64,000 nucleotides of DNA from Candidatus Kerfeldbacteria bacterium (GTDB taxonomy: Bacteria > Patescibacteriota > Patescibacteriia > UBA10025 > JAHIVO01). Made by a program: the position numbers and the translations under genes. Every line of letters starts with the position of its first letter. Position 1 is the first letter of the stretch. This document shows, piece after piece, positions 18,422-26,578 of this stretch. The stretch spans positions 37,820-101,819 of the forward strand of contig JACROE010000002.1 in assembly GCA_016214565.1 (NCBI GenBank), written 5' to 3'. The notes below the pieces were generated by a model. The model was not told where the DNA came from. It saw only the letters and a list, made by a program, of their open reading frames with translations, and did not search any database.

Positions 18422-19384
18422 TTATATTTTTTCTACAACTCTGAGCTTAGCGCTGCGACTCCGGGGATTCTTTTCAATTTCTTCCGCGGAAGGAGTTATA
18501 GGTTTTTTAGTTATGAGACGGACACGGGCGCGATGACCGCAGACACAGATTGGTACGTCTGGCCCACAGATACAGTCGCGTGATTCTTGACGAAAATAAT
18601 TTTTAACGATTCGATCTTCAAGTGAATGAAATGAGATGACGGCCAATCGTCCACCAGTACGGAGGAGCGAAATAGCCTCCGGCAATACGGCAGTGACGGC
18701 ATCGAGCTCTTCGTTGACCGCAATTCGTAGTGCTTGAAATACGCGTGTGGCAGGATGAATTCCCCCAATCCAGGGAACTTCGTGTTTTGAATGTAGTTTT
18801 TCTCGGTAAACCGAGAGTATGACAGCAACTAATTGCTTAGTTGTTTGTATTTTTTGTTTTTGTTGGCGCAGGGCGAGCAATGCTCGTATGATTTCGGGCG
18901 CCAAAGGTTCGTTGCCATACTCTCGGAATACTTTTTGTAAACGTTCAGCCGGCCATTCATTGATCATGTCTGCTGCGGTCAGTGACTGCCGAAGGTCAAA
19001 CCGCATGTCGAGCGGAGCGTCTATTTGGAAAGAAAATCCTCGAGACCTATCTTCGAGCTCAATACTGGATATACCAAGATCGAGTAAAATACCGCTAATC
19101 TGATATAGGCCGAAATATTCATGGTACGCTTGTTGAATAGTGATATACGAATCGTGGACAAAACTCACGCGATCCCCAAACGATGCAAGAAACTCCTGGC
19201 TGATACGAAGCGCCTCAGCGTCTCGATCAAGAGCTAAGAGATGCCCGTCTGGCGTGGTGGCTTCTAAAATTTCTTTAGCATGTCCCCCACCCCCGACGGT
19301 TCCGTCGATGAAATGCTGGCCCGGCTTCGGTTGCAAAAGTTCAACTACTTCGCGAATAAGCACCGGAACGTGTGTTCCTGGCAT
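18422..19384 (-). CDS. rsmH: 16S rRNA (cytosine1402-N4)-methyltransferase
   Basis: 320 aa. HVPVL, DGTVGGGGH motifs, and a C-terminal NPRSRSAKLRV. Confidence 0.95.
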   Translation of the reverse strand: MPGTHVPVLIREVVELLQPKPGQHFIDGTVGGGGHAKEILEATTPDGHLLALDRDAEALRISQEFLASFGDRVSFVHDSYITIQQAYHEYFGLYQISGILLDLGISSIELEDRSRGFSFQIDAPLDMRFDLRQSLTAADMINEWPAERLQKVFREYGNEPLAPEIIRALLALRQQKQKIQTTKQLVAVILSVYREKLHSKHEVPWIGGIHPATRVFQALRIAVNEELDAVTAVLPEAISLLRTGGRLAVISFHSLEDRIVKNYFRQESRDCICGPDVPICVCGHRARVRLITKKPITPSAEEIEKNPRSRSAKLRVVEKI

Positions 19385-19389
19385 ACGCG

Positions 19390-19821
19390 CTATACTCCTA
19401 ATTCGCCAAGTGCTTCAGCAATATCACCCGACTGCTTCTCCGTACCAGCTTTATAACGGTTCCAGGCATCCTCGTCCCAGATTTCCAAACGGTTATACAA
19501 TCCGGCAATGACCACTTTCTTACTCACGGTGGCATATTGGCGCAAATAATCAGGAACCACGATACGACCCTGGCTATCAATCTCCACGTCCATGGCACCC
19601 GCAAGCATGAGCCGGGCGAAGGCGCGTGTATTTGCTTTGGAAATAGGTAATTTAGCTAATTTATCAGCTAATTCTTTCCATTCAGTTGCAGTATACAAGA
19701 AAAGACAGTTATCCAGGCCCCGGGTCACCACTGCGCCTTTTTGGAGGTCACGACGAAATTTAACCGGAACGGCTAACCGCCCTTTTTCGTCTATTGAATG
19801 ATGATATTCGCCGATAAACAT
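19390..19821 (-). CDS. mraZ: Transcriptional regulator MraZ
   Basis: 143 aa. MFIGEYHHSIDEKGRLAVP, and two DXXXR-type MraZ repeats. Confidence 0.9.
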   Translation of the reverse strand: MFIGEYHHSIDEKGRLAVPVKFRRDLQKGAVVTRGLDNCLFLYTATEWKELADKLAKLPISKANTRAFARLMLAGAMDVEIDSQGRIVVPDYLRQYATVSKKVVIAGLYNRLEIWDEDAWNRYKAGTEKQSGDIAEALGELGV

Positions 19822-19875
19822 TAGGTTTTTGTTTCTTTATGTAAAAAAAGAATATTTGACCGGTGTCAGGGGGTT

Positions 19876-19996
19876 GTCCACAGTATTTTTGACTTATCCC
19901 CACTTTTATCCACTTTTCACCTCACATACCCATTTTACTCCACTATTATGTTTTGGTCAACCACCGTCTCCCCCACCCAAACTGTGGATAAATAGG
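19876..19996. promoter_or_regulatory. mraZ promoter/operator region with direct GTGRR repeats spaced about 10 bp apart (MraZ-box-like) that also resemble DnaA boxes
   Basis: On the minus strand: GTGAGgtgaaaaGTGGAtaaaaGTGGGgataa. On the plus strand: ttgtccaca, ttatccact, and a perfect TGTGGATAA at 19990-19998. Confidence 0.4.
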
Positions 19997-20020
19997 AAAT
20001 AAACACCTATTTTCGTCAAT

Positions 20021-20049
20021 AAATAAAAGACGCCGTGGTTTGGGAAACC
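20021..20049 (-). terminator. Rho-independent terminator of the FG-GAP protein gene
   Basis: Hairpin gacgccttggtttcccaaaccacggcgtc on the minus strand, followed by TTTTATTTATT. Confidence 0.55.
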
Positions 20050-20083
20050 AAGGCGTCATATTGAGAGGAAAGAAGAGGTAAAA

Positions 20084-21955
20084 TTACTTAAGCAAGAGCA
20101 TTTTGTCGGATCGAGTAACCGATCCTGATATGAGGTGATAAATATATACCCCAGTCGCCTTACCACTAGCATCCCACTCGATCGAATGAGTGCCCGCGGC
20201 AAGGACCTGATGATCGACCAGCACAGCAACTCGCTGGCCGGTTACGTTATAAACCGAAAGTGTTACCTCGGCGGTTTCCGGAAGGCTAAATGAAATGGTG
20301 GTTGTAGGGTTGAACGGATTTGGATAGTTCTGTTTGAGCTGAACTGATTCAGGTTGCTCGGAAACAGCTTGAAGCGTGTCAGACTCATCCATCTCAGCGA
20401 TTTTTGCCGAACTTCCAACGGCTTGGATGCCCCAGTTCCGAAGAACTGCGCCACCGCCTGCCGCACCATTGACTACTCGAAACTCGGTTCCCCAATTAAA
20501 GGCCATCCACCACTCACCGGCAGTGAGATCTGCCTGAACGTAATCGGCATAATTGTCACCAGAAAAATCGGTGCTGAGTACGGAAAAGTTAAGCCCCGCT
20601 TTCCAACCAATGAGCATAGCTCCACCGGCATGCGGACCAAACTTCGGCCTAAACTCATTACCAACCTTCTCAGTGATGAATATGGCTCCGAGGGGCGGAT
20701 GCCAGCAGCTCACTTCTTTCAGCGAGTCACCATTATATTCATCGAGAAAAGACACATACGGTGCCTGCCCCCAGCCGCTTGCGATCCAAGAATAATTAAT
20801 ATACTTGCCTTTTGCGATGACAAACTTTGGTGGTTCAGGAACGGCATAGTTATATAAGCCAGTCCATCGTCCATTACTTGTTTGAAGCGCAAAGACATCG
20901 GGGTATCCATCTCCGGATACATCACCTGAAAATGGAATATACGACCCACGTGACCCAGCGTTCCAATTGGTGATCCATGATTTACCGGTTGAGGTACCAA
21001 ATGCAGGAACAAAATGATTACCCGCATTATAGGCAACAAAGAGACGACCATAGATCGGATGAAAAACGCAAACATCAATTAGGCCATCATGTGAATAATC
21101 ATCAACCATGAGATAGTATGGATATTCTCCCCAACCACTAGGCATCCAGGCATTGTTAGGATACGGACTCCGCGCCACCTCAAAATGTGGCTGTCCTGGA
21201 GCAATCCAATTAAATGCAACATAGAGTGCGCCATTGGATAGGTCAACGAGCAACATATCGCAATACCCATCCCGAGAAAAATCAGCATAATACTCTCGGT
21301 ATGGTCCGACGCCAGGCAACCAACCATTTGCAAACATAGACCCTTGGTATCCAGGTCCATGTACCGGAAAGAATTGATTGTGTCCATTACCAAGCGCGAT
21401 CCATACATCACCAGTAAGTGTATCGCGCAACACGAGATCACCTAAACCGTCACTGTTAAAATCGCCTTTTCCTGCACGGTATATGCCACCGGTAACTGGG
21501 ACGTGCTTTGTCCCCCTCATCACCACGTTCGACAGTCCTGACCAATTATATACCTCATCGGCTGACTTGATGGCCCAATAATATGTTGTCCCCGGCGTTA
21601 AACCAGTAACCAGCATTGATTGGCGCGTGCCTGGATCCGCAGGAATTGGTTCACCGGCAACCGGAGTTGCCAAATCCCAATTCAAGGATGTAATCACATT
21701 AAACGAATAACGTAGATCAAATACCGCGCACGATCCGCTTGCCATGTTACCAGAGTCATCGGCAGGAGCTGTCCAAGACAGGTTGACTGAGTTTGTTGAG
21801 TCTGACTCTGTAGCCGTCATCACAATCCCTGAGGACTGAAGACTTATCTCTGAAGTTGGTACAGTGTTGCTCAAAGCAACATCAGATCCTCCAAATACAA
21901 CTGAGGGTACAGAGACTGCACCTACAATCATACAAACGAACGCAAAAATTCTCAT
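20084..21955 (-). CDS. Secreted FG-GAP / VCBS-repeat protein with a type IX secretion-type C-terminal sorting domain
   Basis: The six-frame ORF runs to 22054. The likely start is at M33, MRIFAFVCMIVGAVSV (signal peptide), with an AGGAAGG ribosome-binding site. FG-GAP-like repeats DFNSDGLGDLV, DVSGDGYPDV, DFSGDNYADYV. The C-terminus NYPNPFNPTTTISFSLPETAEVTLSVYNVTGQRVAVLV...GVYIYHLISG...KMLLLK matches the Por-secretion C-terminal domain pattern. Confidence 0.7.
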   Translation of the reverse strand: MRIFAFVCMIVGAVSVPSVVFGGSDVALSNTVPTSEISLQSSGIVMTATESDSTNSVNLSWTAPADDSGNMASGSCAVFDLRYSFNVITSLNWDLATPVAGEPIPADPGTRQSMLVTGLTPGTTYYWAIKSADEVYNWSGLSNVVMRGTKHVPVTGGIYRAGKGDFNSDGLGDLVLRDTLTGDVWIALGNGHNQFFPVHGPGYQGSMFANGWLPGVGPYREYYADFSRDGYCDMLLVDLSNGALYVAFNWIAPGQPHFEVARSPYPNNAWMPSGWGEYPYYLMVDDYSHDGLIDVCVFHPIYGRLFVAYNAGNHFVPAFGTSTGKSWITNWNAGSRGSYIPFSGDVSGDGYPDVFALQTSNGRWTGLYNYAVPEPPKFVIAKGKYINYSWIASGWGQAPYVSFLDEYNGDSLKEVSCWHPPLGAIFITEKVGNEFRPKFGPHAGGAMLIGWKAGLNFSVLSTDFSGDNYADYVQADLTAGEWWMAFNWGTEFRVVNGAAGGGAVLRNWGIQAVGSSAKIAEMDESDTLQAVSEQPESVQLKQNYPNPFNPTTTISFSLPETAEVTLSVYNVTGQRVAVLVDHQVLAAGTHSIEWDASGKATGVYIYHLISGSVTRSDKMLLLK

Positions 21956-22127
21956 TTTAGAACCGCCTTCCTTTTGATTTTCAAATTGCCCTATCTTTTT
22001 TGTTTTACCGCATAGACTACCGCATTTACTGCATTTTGTCAAGCGTAATGACACTAAATCAGCCGCCCCCTACTTTTCCACAGGGTGGAATTGACTTTCG
22101 GTTTTTATTCGGTTATACTTAATTTAA

Positions 22128-22922
22128 TCAAATACTCCCCTTTTTCATGAACTTTCCCATCATACTCAGCCCTCCCATCACCAACAAGCTGACAAAGCTG
22201 AAGAATATACCGATAGTAAGAAATTGGGCCAAGAAATAAACCGGGCCGCTCAACCATTGTACTACTATCCAAGTAGCCTGCGTCTGTAGCCATCGATCTA
22301 TCAGGATAAGCAAGAAAAAAAGAATGCCCAACCCAGCCACACCAAAGTATGTATGCTTCAGATCCACATTAGACGGTGCCGCATGGGAACTCAACGTAAT
22401 CATCAGGTAGAGAAATAGATAAGTCTGCCATTGTCCAAAATCAATCACTGATAGCAATTCAGTTAACGAATCCCAATACTGAGAAATGAAAGCTCCTGAT
22501 AAACTAAAAAAATGTGAGTAGGTATCAGCGTCCTGCAGCGCGCCCCTGACAACACCGAGCTGATCATGATAAAACGTCGGCATTGCCCACCGCGTTAACA
22601 ACCACATAATAAATGTCACGCCAAAGAGCGGCGCAATGGATATAATAATATTTTTAATCGGATTCCGCGTTTGTACATGCTCAACCATCCCCAGCGTATT
22701 GCCATGCGGATGAAATAATTCCACACGAGTAACGCGAGTAAAGGTTATAATGCACCCAACAAAATGAGAAAGCTCGTGAACCACTACCCCCGGCCAGGTC
22801 AACGCCAGATACCACCCCCGACCCAAATACCGAAGCACTAAACGATCAATCGCCTGAGATACGCCATAGAGTACCAATAATTGCAGTACCAGTGGTAAAA
22901 ATACATTTAAGACTATTTCCAT
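22128..22922 (-). CDS. Polytopic membrane protein with an HExxH motif, a putative zinc metallopeptidase
   Basis: The ORF reaches 22961, but the likely start is MEIVLN at 22922 because of the lexA start at 22955. HELSH within VVVHELSHFVGC, and at least 6 TM helices. Confidence 0.4.
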   Translation of the reverse strand: MEIVLNVFLPLVLQLLVLYGVSQAIDRLVLRYLGRGWYLALTWPGVVVHELSHFVGCIITFTRVTRVELFHPHGNTLGMVEHVQTRNPIKNIIISIAPLFGVTFIMWLLTRWAMPTFYHDQLGVVRGALQDADTYSHFFSLSGAFISQYWDSLTELLSVIDFGQWQTYLFLYLMITLSSHAAPSNVDLKHTYFGVAGLGILFFLLILIDRWLQTQATWIVVQWLSGPVYFLAQFLTIGIFFSFVSLLVMGGLSMMGKFMKKGSI

Positions 22923-22954
22923 ACAATTAGTATAGCAAACTATTAATAAAGAGT

Positions 22955-23569
22955 ATGACAAAAATTCTCCCCAAGAAAAAACAGCAGATACTCAAATTTC
23001 TAAAAGAATACATTAAGCAGTATGGCTATGCCCCGACATTAACGGAGATTGCCGAAGAATTTGACGTTTCATCGCTGGCAACAATTCATGAGCACCTCCA
23101 ATACCTAGAAGAGCACGGCTTTATCGTGCGTGATCCAAATGAATCGCGTGGCATTACTATCCCCGAACTTGAACGTGAGGTGGCTCAGGAAGAATCCATC
23201 CTCCTCCCCTTAGTCGGCACCATTACGGCCGGCCAACCGATTGAAGCGATCGAAGACCGTGAGCTCGATATCCCCGTCCCTCAAACCATGGTCAAAGGAA
23301 AAAACGCCTACATCCTGAAGGTCAAAGGTGACTCCATGATCGAGAGCCTGATCGCTGATGGTGACTATGTCATTATCGAGAAAACCGAATACGCCAAAGA
23401 CGGCGACACGGTGGTGGCGATGCTGGAGGATGGAACCGCTACCCTGAAAAAATTCTTTAAAACTAAAAATCTGATTCGCCTCCAGCCTGCCAATAAAAAA
23501 TACAAACCCCTGTATACGAATAGTGTCATTATCCAGGGAAAAGTATTAGGCATCATCAGGAAATTTTAG
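22955..23569 (+). CDS. lexA: LexA repressor, S24 peptidase
   Basis: 204 aa. N-terminal winged helix LTKKQQQILKFLKEY...GYAPTLTEIAEEF. C-terminal VKGDSMIE and a catalytic-lysine region. Confidence 0.9.
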   Translation: MTKILPKKKQQILKFLKEYIKQYGYAPTLTEIAEEFDVSSLATIHEHLQYLEEHGFIVRDPNESRGITIPELEREVAQEESILLPLVGTITAGQPIEAIEDRELDIPVPQTMVKGKNAYILKVKGDSMIESLIADGDYVIIEKTEYAKDGDTVVAMLEDGTATLKKFFKTKNLIRLQPANKKYKPLYTNSVIIQGKVLGIIRKF

Positions 23570-23575
23570 AAAAAA

Positions 23576-23606
23576 AGAAAGGTCTGACGAGATGCCAAAC
23601 CTTTCG
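23576..23606. terminator. Bidirectional stem-loop terminator between lexA and the convergent hypothetical gene
   Basis: gaaaggtctgacgagatgccaaacctttc flanked by an A-run on the plus side and a T-run on the minus side. Confidence 0.45.
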
Positions 23607-23624
23607 AGTACATATAAACGTTCA

Positions 23625-24218
23625 TTACCAACGTATACCAGGCTGTTTCTGCAATAGCGCGGCAATGGCCGGCGTCATTACAGGAGATTGGTCATCGGCT
23701 GCGGTTGACGCATCCAGTTCGGGATGTGCCAGCGCCATAATCATGTACATCACGCACATAATAGCGTGGTAAGTATTACTCTCGCTACCGACAATCTTCC
23801 TAATGAAATCCTTCAGATCGGCATAGAGCGGTTTACACTCAGCTTGTTCGAAGATCTGGATCCCCCGAGCCAGTTTCTCCATCTTTTCTAAATGAATTGG
23901 GTCGCCCAGACTGCTGGTGAGCGCCTCGCCCATGTCCGCCACATCTTGCGGTGAAATCTTCCGAATCGGCTCGAGCGCGGCAATGAGTAGGGCGATGGAT
24001 TCATAGTAAATTTCTCGCTGATACTCTGGAAAAATATTGCGGTTATCCCCCAGTCGTATGAGTAATTCACGCAATGGCTCATTGTCAATCCGGAGCTCCC
24101 CGATTATTCTGGAGTAAAAGGTTCGCCAACCTTCCTTACCTGCTTGGGTATATGCTTCTTGTAAACGAACGTAATAGGTGTGTTCGATTGCCATGATCGC
24201 CTCCTTTGATGGATGCAT
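23625..24218 (-). CDS. Hypothetical cytoplasmic protein, divergent from dinB
   Basis: 197 aa, no recognisable motif. Shares its 115-bp upstream region with dinB. Confidence 0.4.
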   Translation of the reverse strand: MHPSKEAIMAIEHTYYVRLQEAYTQAGKEGWRTFYSRIIGELRIDNEPLRELLIRLGDNRNIFPEYQREIYYESIALLIAALEPIRKISPQDVADMGEALTSSLGDPIHLEKMEKLARGIQIFEQAECKPLYADLKDFIRKIVGSESNTYHAIMCVMYMIMALAHPELDASTAADDQSPVMTPAIAALLQKQPGIRW

Positions 24219-24333
24219 GGTTCAGTAAATGTTCTGTATCTACCCACTCTATCTGTAAATATGAACACCCGTCAAATTTTTTTACTTTATATCTTCGGTT
24301 TTTATTCGGCTAATTATCTAACCCCATAATCAT

Positions 24334-25506
24334 ATGAAGCCAACAACTTCCCTCCGTACCATCCTTTATATTTCGCTCGATGCTTTCTTTACTTCGGTAG
24401 AGCAGGCGCTCAATCCATCACTGCGCGGCCAGCCTATCATTGTCTGTAGCAATCCCCTGTCACGGAACGTTGTGGCCGGTGTCAGCTATGAGGCGCGGGT
24501 GTTTGGTGTGCGATCCGGCATGACAATCTCGACCGCTCAGCAGTTGGCTCGCCAAGCTCAATTTGTAGAAGGATCGTTCAGCCAATATGAAAAATTTTCT
24601 GAAGAATTTTATCGTATCCTCAGTCGATTTTCTGATATCATCGAACCAGTCAGCCTTGATGAGGCGTACCTAGAACTGAAAAAATTTGAAACCCAATGGA
24701 TCAATGCCGAGGCAGTCGCCGAGGAAATCCGAAAAACAATCCAGCGTGAACTGGAAATCCCAGTTTCCATCGGCATTGCCAGCAATAAAGTGACTGCCCG
24801 CGCCGCCGCAAAAACATTTAAACCTCGCCAGGTCACTTATGTTCCCTGGGGGCAAGAAAATTTATTTCTCAAGCCACTCCCCATAACCAGCTTACCCACT
24901 ATTGGGCCTCGCACCGCTGACGTTTTACGCGAATACGGGGTGCAAACGATTGGTGACTTGGCCATGCAAAGTGATTCATTTTTGGACGAAATATTTGGGC
25001 CGCACAGCCGATGGTTGTGGACATTAGCTCATGGCATCGATCTCCGCCCGGTGCTAGCACCAGGTCGCACCAAATCAATTACCCGATCACGAACATTTTC
25101 ATTTGCGACGCAGGATAGCTCAATTCATGCCAAAATAATTTATGAATTGCTTGATGCTGCATGTTCCACCATCCGTACCACACGCCAAATTGGTCGAGTG
25201 CTGCAGATCACGGGCATCACGCACTGGGGAAAGCACATTTCGCGCCAGCGCCGCCTGGAGGTGCCGACTAATTCGACGCATCAACTTTCCACATGTGCAG
25301 AATTACTACTTGATCAAATTCATCGCGAATGTTCAATTTTGACCGGAGTGCAGGTGCGCATTGATGAACTTGAGCGGCGCGATGCTTCCAGTCCCGCTTT
25401 TACCGTTTCATTTCGCAGGTTGCACAAAATCCGCGCATCACTCGAATTACTCGAACGCCAATTCGGATTTCGTCCAACAGCCAGCCTATCTCGACAGATC
25501 GGCTAA
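24334..25506 (+). CDS. dinB: DNA polymerase IV, Y-family
   Basis: 390 aa. ILYISLDAFFTSVE, SYEAR.FGV..GM and other UmuC/DinB palm and finger motifs. Confidence 0.9.
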   Translation: MKPTTSLRTILYISLDAFFTSVEQALNPSLRGQPIIVCSNPLSRNVVAGVSYEARVFGVRSGMTISTAQQLARQAQFVEGSFSQYEKFSEEFYRILSRFSDIIEPVSLDEAYLELKKFETQWINAEAVAEEIRKTIQRELEIPVSIGIASNKVTARAAAKTFKPRQVTYVPWGQENLFLKPLPITSLPTIGPRTADVLREYGVQTIGDLAMQSDSFLDEIFGPHSRWLWTLAHGIDLRPVLAPGRTKSITRSRTFSFATQDSSIHAKIIYELLDAACSTIRTTRQIGRVLQITGITHWGKHISRQRRLEVPTNSTHQLSTCAELLLDQIHRECSILTGVQVRIDELERRDASSPAFTVSFRRLHKIRASLELLERQFGFRPTASLSRQIG

Positions 25507-25511
25507 TTGGA

Positions 25512-25928
25512 TCACTTTTTGGGATGGGTGATATTCGGTGATCGACCGTATTTCGGCATTACCAGTCTCAGCTTTCCTCGAGTTGTTTTCAGGGACCTGG
25601 CGATTTTCTGTAATCGAGTTTCCAGACGCTCAGTTTCTCGATGCATTATTCCGACAACCGGGATATGCAGCGCATAGGCAAGTGCGTTAGCCGTGCTGAT
25701 GCCGAGTCGAAGTGCGGTAAATCCACCCTCGCCTTGTACTACCCCGATACCAGTAATATCAGTTAATTTCAATTTGCTGGATCGCAAAAGAGCTTCGATT
25801 GCTGGAAGCAGCTGTACTGATTGATCACGATCATGATGTAGCACCCGCTGACGCACCACTAACCCGGCACGATTCGCAGTAGCCAGGGTGCTGGTATCCC
25901 CATGATGCGTATCAATATAAAGAATCAT
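25512..25928 (-). CDS. tsaB: TsaB-like protein (tRNA t6A biosynthesis, inactive Kae1 homolog), short form
   Basis: 138 aa. MILYIDTHHGDTSTLAT...LLP...LTDITGIGVVQGEGGFTALRLGISTANALAY resembles the YeaZ/TsaB N-terminal domain. Confidence 0.55.
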   Translation of the reverse strand: MILYIDTHHGDTSTLATANRAGLVVRQRVLHHDRDQSVQLLPAIEALLRSSKLKLTDITGIGVVQGEGGFTALRLGISTANALAYALHIPVVGIMHRETERLETRLQKIARSLKTTRGKLRLVMPKYGRSPNITHPKK

Positions 25929-26494
25929 GCAGCAGAATTGAAAATGCTGTCGGAAACGACTATCTTTGGGTTTTCTAAAATCTGATAGAGAAATTTATCG
26001 GTCAGCGAATTGCGATAATCAAACTCCTTACGCGTCATAACGGTATAACGGATCTTTTTATCGAAGTCTTTATGAAAACGATCAATTAATCGAGTCAGCT
26101 TTGACCGATTTACTTTTCCGACGATCAACATATCAGTTTGTGCATCAGGCACGCCTGTGAAGACGCCGGTCAATACGAGATATGAAATCTGCCCTACCGC
26201 ACGGATGCTCTGCGCCAAATTCCGCTCCAGAGTCATTTGAGACTTCAAAATTAAATTTTTGAGTTCAGGAAAGAGAACAAAATTAGTATTCGCTCGGTAA
26301 AACTTCTTTTGGCCGTTCTGATAGGCGGTCACGGCACCCAACGATTCGAGATTCTCCAATTCACGACGAACTGAATTGATCCGCTCATTTACTTTCCTGG
26401 TTAATTCCCTGACGAAGTAATCTGTTTCGGGATTAGTCAGAAAAAGTCGGAGCAATTTTACCCGCGTTCGTGAACCAAATAATTGATCAAGCAT
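25925..26494 (-). CDS. Hypothetical protein with an N-terminal winged-helix-like segment
   Basis: 189 aa. SRTRVKLLRLFLTNPETDYFVRELTRKVNERINSVRRELENLESLGAV is HTH-like. Overlaps tsaB by 4 nt. Confidence 0.4.
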   Translation of the reverse strand: MLDQLFGSRTRVKLLRLFLTNPETDYFVRELTRKVNERINSVRRELENLESLGAVTAYQNGQKKFYRANTNFVLFPELKNLILKSQMTLERNLAQSIRAVGQISYLVLTGVFTGVPDAQTDMLIVGKVNRSKLTRLIDRFHKDFDKKIRYTVMTRKEFDYRNSLTDKFLYQILENPKIVVSDSIFNSAA

Positions 26495-26578
26495 AGGGGC
26501 AAGCCATCTTTACGATTGAAAGTGAATATAGTATACTATGGCTACTTTCATTGAGCAAGTCTGGCGTATTGAGCGGAC

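Noticed and set aside
18425-18452. The sequence acaactctgagcttagcgctgcgactc resembles the dispersed 28-nt repeat (tctgagc...gcga...ctc).
   Set aside because: It is the coding sequence for the conserved RsmH C-terminus (NPRSRSAKLRVVEKI), read in reverse complement. The resemblance is coincidental and it is not an element copy.
19876-19996. A cluster of DnaA-box-like 9-mers as a possible oriC.
   Set aside because: No dnaA or dnaN gene is nearby and there is no AT-rich unwinding element. The repeats are better explained as MraZ operators in the mraZ promoter. They are kept only as a low-interest finding.
20084-21955. Taking the T9SS-type C-terminal domain as evidence that the organism belongs to the Bacteroidota.
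   Set aside because: The LPXTG signals, the reduced cell-wall cluster and the overall gene content do not fit a typical Bacteroidota genome. A single domain cannot assign taxonomy and lateral acquisition is possible.
22105-22293. A 62-aa minus-strand ORF and a 30-aa plus-strand ORF downstream of the promoter-like 22091-22119.
   Set aside because: Both overlap the C-terminus of the HExxH membrane protein gene, have no ribosome-binding site and no conservation signal. The promoter is reported as a finding instead.
24219-24333. A canonical LexA/SOS box (CTGT-N8-ACAG or GAAC-N4-GTTC) upstream of dinB and lexA.
   Set aside because: No convincing palindrome of either type is present. The fragments GTTC...GAAC are too widely spaced. 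The operator of this lineage is probably different; see the 16-mer finding.
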